From assembly GCA_039794045.1 (NCBI GenBank), contig JBAMLY010000001.1, positions 1 through 64,000 on the forward strand: 64,000 bases of DNA. The letters run 5' to 3'. The notes under the pieces were generated by a model. That model had not been told where the DNA came from, searched no databases, and saw only the letters and a program-made list of their open reading frames with translations. Shown one piece after another: positions 16,993 to 26,469 of this stretch. The DNA comes from Candidatus Micrarchaeia archaeon (lineage in GTDB: Archaea; Micrarchaeota; Micrarchaeia; Norongarragalinales; UBA8480). How positions within the stretch are numbered: position 1 is the stretch's first letter; each line of letters begins with the position of its first letter. Position numbers and translations under genes: made by a program.

Positions 16993-19338
16993 ATGGCTAA
17001 AAACATTTACTGGTTTCAAGAACTCACCAAGGAAAGCCTGGCAGTTGCCGGCGGCAAAGGCGCAAACTTGGGGGAAATGATTAACGCTGGCTTGCCGGTG
17101 CCAGAGGGCTTCGTCGTAGCAAGCGAGGCTTACTTCGAGTTCGTGCGCGTAAACAACTTGGGAGAAGTAATTCGCGCGCAAACCAGTAACTTAGACGTGC
17201 AAAACACTCTCGCCTTAAACGCGGCCTCGGACGCTATAAAGAAAGCCATTCTCGCAGGCGAGATCCCGCAAGAAATCCGCGCGGATATAGTGCGTGCTTA
17301 CAACAAGTTGTGCGGAACAGAATTAATGCCTGCCCCCTCACAGGAAGTCTACGTTGCAGTCCGCTCTAGCGCTACCGCAGAAGACTTGCCTGAAGCAAGT
17401 TTTGCAGGACAACAAGAAACTTTCTTGAACGTGAAAGGAAGCGACGCCTTAATAGAAGCAGTCAAGAAATGCTGGGCTTCATTGTTTGGAGCGCGCGCCA
17501 TCTACTACAGGGAACAACAGCATTTCGACCACTTAAAAGTAGGAATCGCGGTTCCAGTCCAGCGCATGGTGCAAAGCGACAAAAGCGGCGTAATGTTCTC
17601 CATAGACCCAGTAACCAACGACTCAACAAAAATAGTGATAGAAGGCGGGCTTGGATTGGGCGAGGCTGTAGTGAGTGGTTCAATCACGCCAGACCACTAC
17701 GCCGTAGACAAGAACTCGTTTGAAATCGTTGAAAAAAAAATTAACACGCAAACGCAGATGATTACGCGAGTAGGAGACCACAACGAGTGGCAGCCAGTCC
17801 CTGAAGAAATACAGTCAATCCAAAAACTCTCAGACGACGAAATAGTGAGGTTAGCGCGCTACGCGAAAGCCATCGAAGAACACTACGGCTTCCCGCAAGA
17901 CATAGAGTGGGCAATCGAGGGAGAAAACATTTACATAGTCCAATCGCGCGCAGTCACCACCACAAAGAAAAAAGCTGTTGAAAAAACTACACAGCCAACC
18001 GAAAGCCAGCCGCAAACACCCGAGAACGCGAAAGTAATAATTCAAGGACTCGGCGCATCACCTGGAATTGCGTCCGGGCAAGTGCGCATAGTAACCGACT
18101 TAAAGGAACTCTACAAAGTAAGAAAAGGCGACGTCCTAGTAACGCAAATGACTACTCCTGACTTCGTGCCTGCAATGAAGCGCGCCGCAGCCATAGTGAC
18201 TGACGAAGGAGGAAGCACTTGCCACGCAAGCATAGTAAGCAGGGAACTCGGCATTCCATGCATTGTCGGAACCCGTAAGGCAACGGCGTTGCTGGAAGAA
18301 GGAGAAACCGTGACAGTGGACGCGTTCCACGGCGTAGTCTACCAAGGAAAAGTAGAGGCAGTTGCGCAAGAAAAAGCCGCCCCACAAACAACAACAGGCA
18401 AGATAGCACTCCAGCAATCAATCCTCGTTACCGGCACCAAGATTTACGTTAACCTCGCTGAACCAGAACTCGCCGAAAAAGTCGCAGCCGAAAACGTTGA
18501 CGGCGTCGGATTACTGCGCGCAGAATTCATGATCGCAGGCATCGGCAAGCACCCAAAGTGGCTATTAAAGCAAGGAAGAGGACAAGAATTCGTTGACGCC
18601 CTCGCAAAAGGACTCCGCAAAGTATGCGCTGCGTTCGGCGACCGCCCAGTAATATACAGGGCCACGGACTTCAAAACCAACGAGTACAAGAGCCTGGAAG
18701 GCGGGGCAGAGTTCGAGCCACACGAAGAAAACCCAATGATTGGCTACAGGGGCTGCTTCCGCTACATCAAAGACCCAGAAGTATTCAAACTAGAACTGGA
18801 AGCAATAAAGCGCGTCCGAGAACAATACGGCATGAAAAACTTGTGGCTAATGATTCCAGTAGTGAGAACCGTGCGCGAATTCAAGCTAGTAAAAGAAATA
18901 ATTGAAGAAACTGGCTTGCACAAGAGCTACGACTTCAAGCTCGGAATAATGTGTGAAGTGCCTTCCACCGTAATCCTCGCAGAAGAATTCTGTCGCGCAG
19001 GCGCGGACTTCTTCAGCATCGGCTCAAACGACTTAACTCAACTAACGCTCGGAATAGACCGCGACAACCCAATAGTAGCCGAGGAATTCGACGAACGCGA
19101 CCCCGCAATCCTGCGAAGCATTAAGCACGTAATAGAAACGTGCCACAAATACGGAGTCAAAGTAAGCTGCTGCGGCCAAGCCCCTTCAGTCTACCCTGAA
19201 TTCGCTGAAGCGCTAGTGCGCTACGGCATAGACAGCATAAGCGTAAACCCCGACGTCATAGAAAAAACGCGTCGCACCATCGCAAGCGCAGAAAAAAGAA
19301 TTCTGCTGGAAGGCGCGAGACGCCAGCAAGCCCCCTAA
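16993..19338 (+). CDS. ppsA: phosphoenolpyruvate synthase (pyruvate,water dikinase)
   Basis: GGKGANLGEM, VRSSATAEDLPEASFAGQQET, GGSTCHASIVSRE, SIGSNDLTQ. Confidence 0.97.
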   Translation: MAKNIYWFQELTKESLAVAGGKGANLGEMINAGLPVPEGFVVASEAYFEFVRVNNLGEVIRAQTSNLDVQNTLALNAASDAIKKAILAGEIPQEIRADIVRAYNKLCGTELMPAPSQEVYVAVRSSATAEDLPEASFAGQQETFLNVKGSDALIEAVKKCWASLFGARAIYYREQQHFDHLKVGIAVPVQRMVQSDKSGVMFSIDPVTNDSTKIVIEGGLGLGEAVVSGSITPDHYAVDKNSFEIVEKKINTQTQMITRVGDHNEWQPVPEEIQSIQKLSDDEIVRLARYAKAIEEHYGFPQDIEWAIEGENIYIVQSRAVTTTKKKAVEKTTQPTESQPQTPENAKVIIQGLGASPGIASGQVRIVTDLKELYKVRKGDVLVTQMTTPDFVPAMKRAAAIVTDEGGSTCHASIVSRELGIPCIVGTRKATALLEEGETVTVDAFHGVVYQGKVEAVAQEKAAPQTTTGKIALQQSILVTGTKIYVNLAEPELAEKVAAENVDGVGLLRAEFMIAGIGKHPKWLLKQGRGQEFVDALAKGLRKVCAAFGDRPVIYRATDFKTNEYKSLEGGAEFEPHEENPMIGYRGCFRYIKDPEVFKLELEAIKRVREQYGMKNLWLMIPVVRTVREFKLVKEIIEETGLHKSYDFKLGIMCEVPSTVILAEEFCRAGADFFSIGSNDLTQLTLGIDRDNPIVAEEFDERDPAILRSIKHVIETCHKYGVKVSCCGQAPSVYPEFAEALVRYGIDSISVNPDVIEKTRRTIASAEKRILLEGARRQQAP

Positions 19339-19417
19339 AAATTTTCTCAGCCTCCCCGCCACCCCCCTCGTTTTTATTTGAGTAAAAACAATAGTATTAA
19401 GGAGGCGCAAAACGCGA

Positions 19418-20911
19418 ATGAAGAGCTTGCAAGCAAAATACCCTTGGCTCAACAGCCACTTGAAACGCTCTAAGTTATTGCTTGAAGGAGTCAAGACGAC
19501 AACCGGCGAAGACGCCTTTCAACGCAACCTACGGCTAGTCCGCAAAGTAATCGAAGCCCTGCCAGACCCCAACCACAAAGAACAACGCGATGTAGTAATA
19601 GCGGCGGCCTACTACGGCGTGCCCAAAGACAAACTCAAAGCCGTGCCCTCAGTCGTCAAGCCAATAGTAGAGTCAACCAGCAAGGTAAGACAAATGATTC
19701 TGCAACATAAGCCAGAAAAAGAAGTCCTTGAAGAACTCGTCGTACACCGCGGCGCGCCCCTAATTGAAACGCTTGCGATGGCGGACGCCATGGAAAACCT
19801 TGAAAAAGAACCAGCGCACTTGAAGGAAACGCTTGCTCGCTACGCGTTGTTCGTTCACAGCACAGTAGCGCGCCACGGCCTCTACGACGCCCACAAAAAA
19901 ATAGAGGAAAACGCTTTCAAGTACTTGTACCCCAAATACTACAACGAAATAAAAAAAGACATTGAAGACATGTACAAAATAAATTGGGTTCAAAACTCGA
20001 TTGGAACAGCGCAAGTAGTCGCGAAAGACATTCTCAACCAAATGAATGAGAAAGCGAAAAAAAACAATCAATTAATTGAATACGAAATCCAAGGCCCCGA
20101 AGTAAAAAGCATTCCCAGCATTCACTACAAACTCGAGGAATACAGGAACTCTTCAGAAGAAAAAAAGAAAAACATCAAGTACGCCTACGAACTCCCAGAC
20201 ATCATAAGAATGCGCGTAATAATAGAAAAAAACGACCCCAAACTCTTATACGAGTTCCTGCAACGCCTCCAAAAACACGAGGGAGTCAGCGAAGTAACAG
20301 ACGTCGAGGACAGGCTCGGCCCCAGAAAAAAACCAAACGGTTACGAGTCACTTCACGCCATAATCAAATTCAAAAACCCTGAAGCGCACCCAATAGAATT
20401 ACAGATAAGAACAAGAAAAATGCATGAAGTCGCAGAAAAAGGAAAAGCATCGCACTACCTCTACAAGACAGAAAAAACTCGCGCGCTTCCCTCCGGAGAA
20501 ATCAAGCGCTTGCCCGTCATGCCAAGAGAATTCTTCGACGAAATAAAGAAAAAACTAGGAGTAAGCGAAGCACACTTAAGCAAGCAAGCAGTCGTCCTCA
20601 ACCAAGTCCGCGTAAACGGCAAACTGCACTTGATTTGCGACGCGCCCATCGTAGAAGCCGCGGTGCTGCACTACGGAGAAAAAGTCAAAGACATGTTTCC
20701 ATTGGCAGCTAAAATAAACGGCAAGCCAGCCCCCCTCTCCGCCAGAATAAAAGACGGCGACGAAATAGAGTTCTACCGCGACACCAAGAACGGCAAAATG
20801 GTGCCAATAGACGCTCCCCTCGTGCAAGAAACCAGGAAACTAATTACCAAGTACAATTTGTGGGAAAAAAAGGGAGCAAAAAGGAAGGCCGCAGAAAGAA
20901 AAATCAAATGA
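19418..20911 (+). CDS. RelA/SpoT homologue: degenerate HD domain + (p)ppGpp-synthetase-like domain + TGS domain
   Basis: KSIPSIHYK, DIIRMRVI, KPNGYESLH, ELQIRTRKMHEVAEKGKASHYLYK; TGS-like AAKINGKPAPLSARIKDGDEIEF. Confidence 0.88.
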   Translation: MKSLQAKYPWLNSHLKRSKLLLEGVKTTTGEDAFQRNLRLVRKVIEALPDPNHKEQRDVVIAAAYYGVPKDKLKAVPSVVKPIVESTSKVRQMILQHKPEKEVLEELVVHRGAPLIETLAMADAMENLEKEPAHLKETLARYALFVHSTVARHGLYDAHKKIEENAFKYLYPKYYNEIKKDIEDMYKINWVQNSIGTAQVVAKDILNQMNEKAKKNNQLIEYEIQGPEVKSIPSIHYKLEEYRNSSEEKKKNIKYAYELPDIIRMRVIIEKNDPKLLYEFLQRLQKHEGVSEVTDVEDRLGPRKKPNGYESLHAIIKFKNPEAHPIELQIRTRKMHEVAEKGKASHYLYKTEKTRALPSGEIKRLPVMPREFFDEIKKKLGVSEAHLSKQAVVLNQVRVNGKLHLICDAPIVEAAVLHYGEKVKDMFPLAAKINGKPAPLSARIKDGDEIEFYRDTKNGKMVPIDAPLVQETRKLITKYNLWEKKGAKRKAAERKIK

Positions 20912-21497
20912 AGGCCTTCAACAAGAAAGCCACTCTCTCCTTCAGTTGGTCGCGGGAGCCGTCGTTCACTATCTTTTCGTCAGCCAAGTCCATACAAGCG
21001 CCAACCATTTGCGCCGACGAAATCATTCCCGCCCTCTCCCTCGCATCGCTTTCCTTGAACTCTTCAAAAGAAAGAAGGTTTTCTTTAGCGCGCTTGCGTT
21101 GCTTGACGCGCTCGTACCTTAACTCCAACGGCGCATCAACCGCCCACAACACGAAGTTCCTTCCAAGGCGCCTCAAAAAATTGACTTCGCCGACGTTGCG
21201 AATGCCGTCAACGAAAACAATTTTCACTTTCTCCGGCAACTCAGACGCGCGCTCTAAAGCCATTTCAGCAAGAACGCCAGTGCCTTTCTCGGCGCGCAAC
21301 TCATTCGCAACCCTCTGCAAGTTCTCCCTCTCCAAGCTCAAGCCACGCCTCGCCGTCTCCTCGCGAACGATGTCGCTCGTGCTAACCGAGGCCACGCGGT
21401 CGCCGTAAAGCTCTCGCGCAACCTCTATCACAGTCCCCTTGCCTGAAGCGAAAGTGCCAGTCAAGCCCACGAACTTCCTTTCCGAGTTTAAAGCCAT
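20904..21497 (-). CDS. P-loop nucleotide kinase (UPF0200/dephospho-CoA-kinase-like)
   Basis: GLTGTFASGKGT, VDGIRN, DAPLELRYER. Confidence 0.85.
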   Translation of the reverse strand: MALNSERKFVGLTGTFASGKGTVIEVARELYGDRVASVSTSDIVREETARRGLSLERENLQRVANELRAEKGTGVLAEMALERASELPEKVKIVFVDGIRNVGEVNFLRRLGRNFVLWAVDAPLELRYERVKQRKRAKENLLSFEEFKESDARERAGMISSAQMVGACMDLADEKIVNDGSRDQLKERVAFLLKAFI

Positions 21498-21623
21498 GAA
21501 GAAAACCACGAAAGCGAAGTATTTATTTTATGCTGCCGCCAATGAACGCGCCATCCCGAGTGAGCGCAACACGCAAGAAAAAAAGTGCACGGGTTTTTAT
21601 AGAAACGCCAACAAAACAATTTC

Positions 21624-22190
21624 ATGACCGACAAGTTAAGCAAAGCAATAAACCGCGCCATAGCCGAACTCAGCGAAAAAGAAAAAAGACAGGACGCAGC
21701 AATAGCGCTCTCTCGCGAAATAGTGCGCGACTGCGCCCTCGCCATAAAAGCAGTCCACCAAAACGAGTGGAAGGAAGCAGAAAAAAAACTAGCCGAAATA
21801 ACGCCGAAAATAAAGAAAATGCATTCCTTGGACGAGGGACTAGAACACGTTTCCCAGCAGTGCTACCAAGAATACGCGGAAATAAAGTGCTTGGAAGCCA
21901 TCACCAAGAAAAAAGAAATTCCAGACTACGACGAACTCGGCATTGACGCCATTTCTTGGATGAATGGATTAGCGGACTGCGCAGGCGAACTAAGACGCGC
22001 CCTCCAACTTGCTCTTTCAAGCGGCGACAAAGAACAAGCGAAGTACTTGTTCCAGAAAATGAATGAAATATACGACAACCTAATGCTCGTAAAATACTCG
22101 TCTTCACTTGTGGGCGGGCTGAAGCACAAGCAAGACGTCGTGCGCTCTCAAGTAGAGCAAGCCAGAAGCGAAATCTTGAGGTTCTCGTGA
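21624..22190 (+). CDS. translin family protein
   Basis: LSREIVRDC, QEYAE, GLADCAGELRR. Confidence 0.88.
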   Translation: MTDKLSKAINRAIAELSEKEKRQDAAIALSREIVRDCALAIKAVHQNEWKEAEKKLAEITPKIKKMHSLDEGLEHVSQQCYQEYAEIKCLEAITKKKEIPDYDELGIDAISWMNGLADCAGELRRALQLALSSGDKEQAKYLFQKMNEIYDNLMLVKYSSSLVGGLKHKQDVVRSQVEQARSEILRFS

Positions 22191-22230
22191 AAAAAAGCGT
22201 TGCCTTCAAACGCTTTCAACGGTGGTTTAA

Positions 22231-23532
22231 GTGCTTGAAATAAAGTTAATACGCAAAAACCCGGAAGCAGTACGCGCCAACCTAGCCCGCCGCAACAACC
22301 CTGTCTTCCTGGAGTGGTTCGACGACTTGCTAGTCGTAGACGCAGAACAAAGGCGCCTCCTCCAAGAACTCGAGCAACTGCGCGCCACGCGCAACCAGTT
22401 GACTGAAAAAATCAAGGAACTCAAGAAAACAGGCGAAGACGCTTCCGCGCTACTCAATGAAGCCGCGCAGCTCCCACAAAAAATAAAAGCAGTAGAAGAA
22501 CAACAAGAAAAGCTCGCCCAGCGAATGAAGAATTACTTGATGCGGCTGCCGAACCTGCTTCACGAAAGCGTTCCAACCGGAAAAGACGAGTCTGAAAACG
22601 AGGTAGTCCGCGAGTGGGGCGGCAAAAAAATCCCGTGCGACGACCCAAAAAGCCACGTTGACCTCCTAGCACAACTTGACGTGGGCGACTTAGAGCGCGC
22701 TGCAAAAATTTCCGGAGCCCGCTTCTATTACTTGAAGAACGAGCTAGTCTTGCTGGACTTGGCGCTGCAGAGGCTGGCGCTAGAAATGCTTTTCAAGAAA
22801 GGCTTCACGTTAGTCGAGCCGCCGCACATGATGGCGCGCAAGCCATACGAGGGCGTCACAGACTTGAATGACTTCAAGGAAGTCATGTACAAAGTTGAAG
22901 AAGAAGACTTGTACTTAATCGCGACAAGCGAGCACCCCCTCGTGTCAATGCATTGGAACGAAATTCTTGAGGCTGAAGAGTTGCCAATAAAGTACGCGGG
23001 AATAAGCCCTTGCTACCGCAAGGAAGCCGGAGCGCACGGGAAGGACACGAAAGGTATTTTCCGCACGCACCAGTTCAACAAAGTCGAACAAATCGTGTTC
23101 TGCAAGCCAGAAGAGTCCTGGCAGTTGCACGAGGAACTGCTTGCAAACGCAGAAGAATTCTTCAAGAAAATAGAGATTCCCTACCGCGTCGTAAACATTT
23201 GCACTGGCGACATTGGAACCGTGGCGGCAAAAAAGTATGACATCGAAGCCTGGATGCCCGCCCAACAAAAATACCGCGAAGTCGTCAGCGCAAGCAACTG
23301 CACTTCCTACCAAGCAGCGCGCCTTGGCCTACGCTACAGAACAGGAAAAAAGAACGCTAAAGGAGAAGAAGAAAAAGAGCTAGTGCACACGCTTAACTCG
23401 ACAATGGTTGCCACGGGCCGCGCGATGGTCGCAATAATGGAGAACCACCAGCAGGACGACGGCAGCGTAATCATTCCAAAAGCACTGCGCCCTTACATGA
23501 ACGGCATAGAACGAATTTCGCGGAAGAAGTGA
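22231..23532 (+). CDS. serS: seryl-tRNA synthetase
   Basis: N-terminal coiled coil, LIATSEHP, CYRKEAG...GIFRTHQFNKVEQ, VHTLNST. Confidence 0.97.
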   Translation: MLEIKLIRKNPEAVRANLARRNNPVFLEWFDDLLVVDAEQRRLLQELEQLRATRNQLTEKIKELKKTGEDASALLNEAAQLPQKIKAVEEQQEKLAQRMKNYLMRLPNLLHESVPTGKDESENEVVREWGGKKIPCDDPKSHVDLLAQLDVGDLERAAKISGARFYYLKNELVLLDLALQRLALEMLFKKGFTLVEPPHMMARKPYEGVTDLNDFKEVMYKVEEEDLYLIATSEHPLVSMHWNEILEAEELPIKYAGISPCYRKEAGAHGKDTKGIFRTHQFNKVEQIVFCKPEESWQLHEELLANAEEFFKKIEIPYRVVNICTGDIGTVAAKKYDIEAWMPAQQKYREVVSASNCTSYQAARLGLRYRTGKKNAKGEEEKELVHTLNSTMVATGRAMVAIMENHQQDDGSVIIPKALRPYMNGIERISRKK

Positions 23533-23539
23533 AACGCGG

Positions 23540-24736
23540 ATGGGAATTCAAACAAAAGAAGTTTACGAGTTCAAGCAGAAAATCAAGGAATTGCAGGAGT
23601 TCAAGGGCCACGGCACTGAACTTATTAGCGTATACATTACGCCAGGCTACCCAATCAGCGACGTTGCCGCCAAACTACGCGACGAGTACGGACAAGCTTC
23701 GAACATCAAGAGCAAAAGCACGCGCTTGAACGTGCAAGCCGCAATAGAAAAAATTCTCGCCTTCCTTAAGACCATGAACAAGCCGCCAGAAAACGGCATA
23801 GCCATATTCGCTGGAAACGTCAGCGAAACAGAGGGCAAGACTGACGTGAGGTTGTTTTACGTCGTTCCGCCAACTCCATTGAAAGTACAGTTTTACCGTT
23901 GCGAGAGCGCCTTCGTAACCGAACCGCTTGAAGACATGCTAGCACAAACTGGGAGCTACGGACTCGTGGTAATGGACGGAAAGGAAGCCACCGTAGCGCT
24001 CCTCAAGGGAACCAGCATCAAAGTAATAAAGAAGCTTCACAGCACTGCCCACCAAAAATTTAGCAAGGGCGGCCAAAGTGCTGCAAGATTCGGCCGAATT
24101 CACGAAGAAACAGTAGAAAAGTACTATCAACGCATAGGCGAGGCAATGGACGCTTTCGTGGGAGTTAAAGGCCTCAAAGGAGTAATAGTTGGCGGGCCCG
24201 GCCCAGCGAAAGAAAACTTTTTGAGGTTAAAGCCGTTCAACTACCAAATAAAAATACTCGGCGTAGTCGACACCGGCTACACGGATGAGTACGGCTTGCG
24301 TGAAGTGCTGGAAAAAAGCAGTGAAATAATCGCGGAACAAGAAGCAGTGAAAGAAAAAAAGTTGTTGGACGAGTTCATGCGAGAAATCGTGAAGGGCGGA
24401 CTCGCAGTTTACGGCATAGACGACATTCGTGAAGCCCTCGCCACCCGCAAGGTTTCCAAGTTGTTGGTCAGCGAGGGACTTGAACTAAAAGAATTCAAGA
24501 TGAAGTGCGACAAGTGCGGTAAAGAGTTTACGCGCGTGGGAGAAAAACCGCCTGAAGAAGAATGCGAGTGCGGCGGCAAACCCAAGGTAGTCTCAGAAAC
24601 AGACTTAGTGGAAGAAATCCAGCGCCTCGCGGAAGAACAAAGCATTCCAATAGAACTCGTTTCAACTGAAACAATGGAAGGCTCGCAATTCCGCGCAACA
24701 TTCCATGGCATGGGTGCTTTCCTACGCTACAAGTAA
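23540..24736 (+). CDS. prf1: peptide chain release factor aRF1
   Basis: GTELISVY, ASNIKSK, YRCES, KGGQSAARF. Confidence 0.97.
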   Translation: MGIQTKEVYEFKQKIKELQEFKGHGTELISVYITPGYPISDVAAKLRDEYGQASNIKSKSTRLNVQAAIEKILAFLKTMNKPPENGIAIFAGNVSETEGKTDVRLFYVVPPTPLKVQFYRCESAFVTEPLEDMLAQTGSYGLVVMDGKEATVALLKGTSIKVIKKLHSTAHQKFSKGGQSAARFGRIHEETVEKYYQRIGEAMDAFVGVKGLKGVIVGGPGPAKENFLRLKPFNYQIKILGVVDTGYTDEYGLREVLEKSSEIIAEQEAVKEKKLLDEFMREIVKGGLAVYGIDDIREALATRKVSKLLVSEGLELKEFKMKCDKCGKEFTRVGEKPPEEECECGGKPKVVSETDLVEEIQRLAEEQSIPIELVSTETMEGSQFRATFHGMGAFLRYK

Positions 24737-24748
24737 CGCGGCAGGAAA

Positions 24749-25231
24749 GTGATGAAAATGCAGGAAAAAAAGTTCGAGCACGATTTAGAGGTAAAAAAGC
24801 CCTTCTTATCCAGAGAATGCTTGCTCGTGTTGAGCGACGCGCGCACGAAGAAACCACTCGCAAGTCTTAATTTCCACAATTTAGGTGTCAACGAAGAGAC
24901 GCGAGAAATAAACGTTATCACTTCGGGGTTGAGGGCTGGAAACTTTGAGCACGCAAAGCAGTTGATGGAAGACGTCCAAGAAATACTGAAGGCAATCGCG
25001 TTAAAGCAGAAAATGAACGTGCTGCACTCCCACCTTGCCGTTGAAGAAGAAGAACACGAGTTGAAGAGCTTGGAAGACCAGAACTACGTGAAAACGCAGG
25101 AAAAAATAGAGGGAGACGAAAAGATTTCGCGCTTCAACAAAAGAATTTTTTTCAATGCTTCCGCGAAAGAACCACTTAAAAGGCACGGCCTCGCCGCCAT
25201 AAGAATAATGCTTGAAGTGGGCCAATGGTAA
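24749..25231 (+). CDS. hypothetical protein
   Basis: 160-aa ORF filling the gap between aRF1 and truD, overlapping the truD start. Confidence 0.6.
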   Translation: MMKMQEKKFEHDLEVKKPFLSRECLLVLSDARTKKPLASLNFHNLGVNEETREINVITSGLRAGNFEHAKQLMEDVQEILKAIALKQKMNVLHSHLAVEEEEHELKSLEDQNYVKTQEKIEGDEKISRFNKRIFFNASAKEPLKRHGLAAIRIMLEVGQW

Positions 25232-26469
25232 AGTTTGCGTTCAAGCCAGAAGAATTCGTGGTAGAAGAAATCTTTCCCGACGGCAGAGTAATGGAGGTAG
25301 ACAAGCCATTCGTAGCCGAGCAAGGCGAAGGAAAATTCTGTCACTTCGTAATGCAGAAAAGGCAGTGGAATACGTCGCAGGCTTTGAACGCCATAGCAAG
25401 AGCGCTTCACACCAGCCACAAGCGATTCAACTGCGCGGGAACAAAGGACAGGAACGCGACTACCGTGCAATTATGCAGTGCCTTCTCGATCGCGCCACAA
25501 AAACTGATGGCGGTAAACGTGAAAGACATTAAAGTCTTGGGGGCTTGGAACGCACCAGAAAAAGTAAGGATGGGGGAACTGCTTGGCAATCGCTTCACTA
25601 TCACCCTCAACAAAAAAAATTGCGGCGTGAAAGTAAACGCGAGCCAAGTAGAAGAAAAAGCTGAAAAACTAGGTTACTGCATTCCAAACTATTTCGGAGA
25701 ACAACGTTTTGGTTCGCTGCGGCTGAATACTCACTTGGTCGGCAAACTTCTCTTGAAAGGGCTTTACAAGGAAGCCGTCTTGAACTTTCTCTCTTACACG
25801 GACGAGAGAGAAAAAGGCGAGGGAAGAAAAGCACGGGAAAAACTCGCGAGCGAAGGCGATTTCGCTAAAGCACTAGAGTACTTTCCCTCCTACCTCAAAT
25901 ACGAGCGCACGGTGTTGGCGCACTTAAGCCAACACAAAAACGACTTCGTTGGAGCGCTCCGCAAGCTGCCGCGCCCTACTCTGCTCATGTTCATTCACGC
26001 TTACCAGTCGTTCCTCTTCAACTCGTTGTTGCAGCGCAGGACGAACGAAGGAAAACTCTTCACGCCCGTTGTTGGAGACTGGTGGTGCGAGGCAGACGAA
26101 AACAATTTTCCGTTGCTGAAAGAAGAAAACCGCATGGAAAAAAAGAAACCCAAAAAAATTTGTTCAACAACAGAAGCGAAAAAAGTGCAGAAATTAGTGA
26201 AAGAAAGGAAGGCCTTCCTCCTCGGAAACCTCGTTGGAAGCGAGTCTGAGCTGACTGACGAAGAACAAAAATTGCTGGAAGAAGAAGGAGTAACCCAAAA
26301 TGAATTCGTTCTCAAGAGCCTGCCCGAGCTCAGCAGCAAGGGAGCGTTCAGGCCATTGTTTGTTCCCCTCAAAGACTTTCAGATTCTCTCGCGAAACCCA
26401 CTCAAGCTAAGGTTTTCGTTGCCGGCAGGCTCTTACGCTACCGTGGCGTTAAAAGAACTTCTTTCTTGA
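25225..26469 (+). CDS. truD: tRNA pseudouridine(13) synthase TruD
   Basis: PEEFVVEE, AGTKDRNATTVQ, GNRF, PNYFGEQRFG, FSLPAGSYAT. Confidence 0.95.
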   Translation: MVKFAFKPEEFVVEEIFPDGRVMEVDKPFVAEQGEGKFCHFVMQKRQWNTSQALNAIARALHTSHKRFNCAGTKDRNATTVQLCSAFSIAPQKLMAVNVKDIKVLGAWNAPEKVRMGELLGNRFTITLNKKNCGVKVNASQVEEKAEKLGYCIPNYFGEQRFGSLRLNTHLVGKLLLKGLYKEAVLNFLSYTDEREKGEGRKAREKLASEGDFAKALEYFPSYLKYERTVLAHLSQHKNDFVGALRKLPRPTLLMFIHAYQSFLFNSLLQRRTNEGKLFTPVVGDWWCEADENNFPLLKEENRMEKKKPKKICSTTEAKKVQKLVKERKAFLLGNLVGSESELTDEEQKLLEEEGVTQNEFVLKSLPELSSKGAFRPLFVPLKDFQILSRNPLKLRFSLPAGSYATVALKELLS

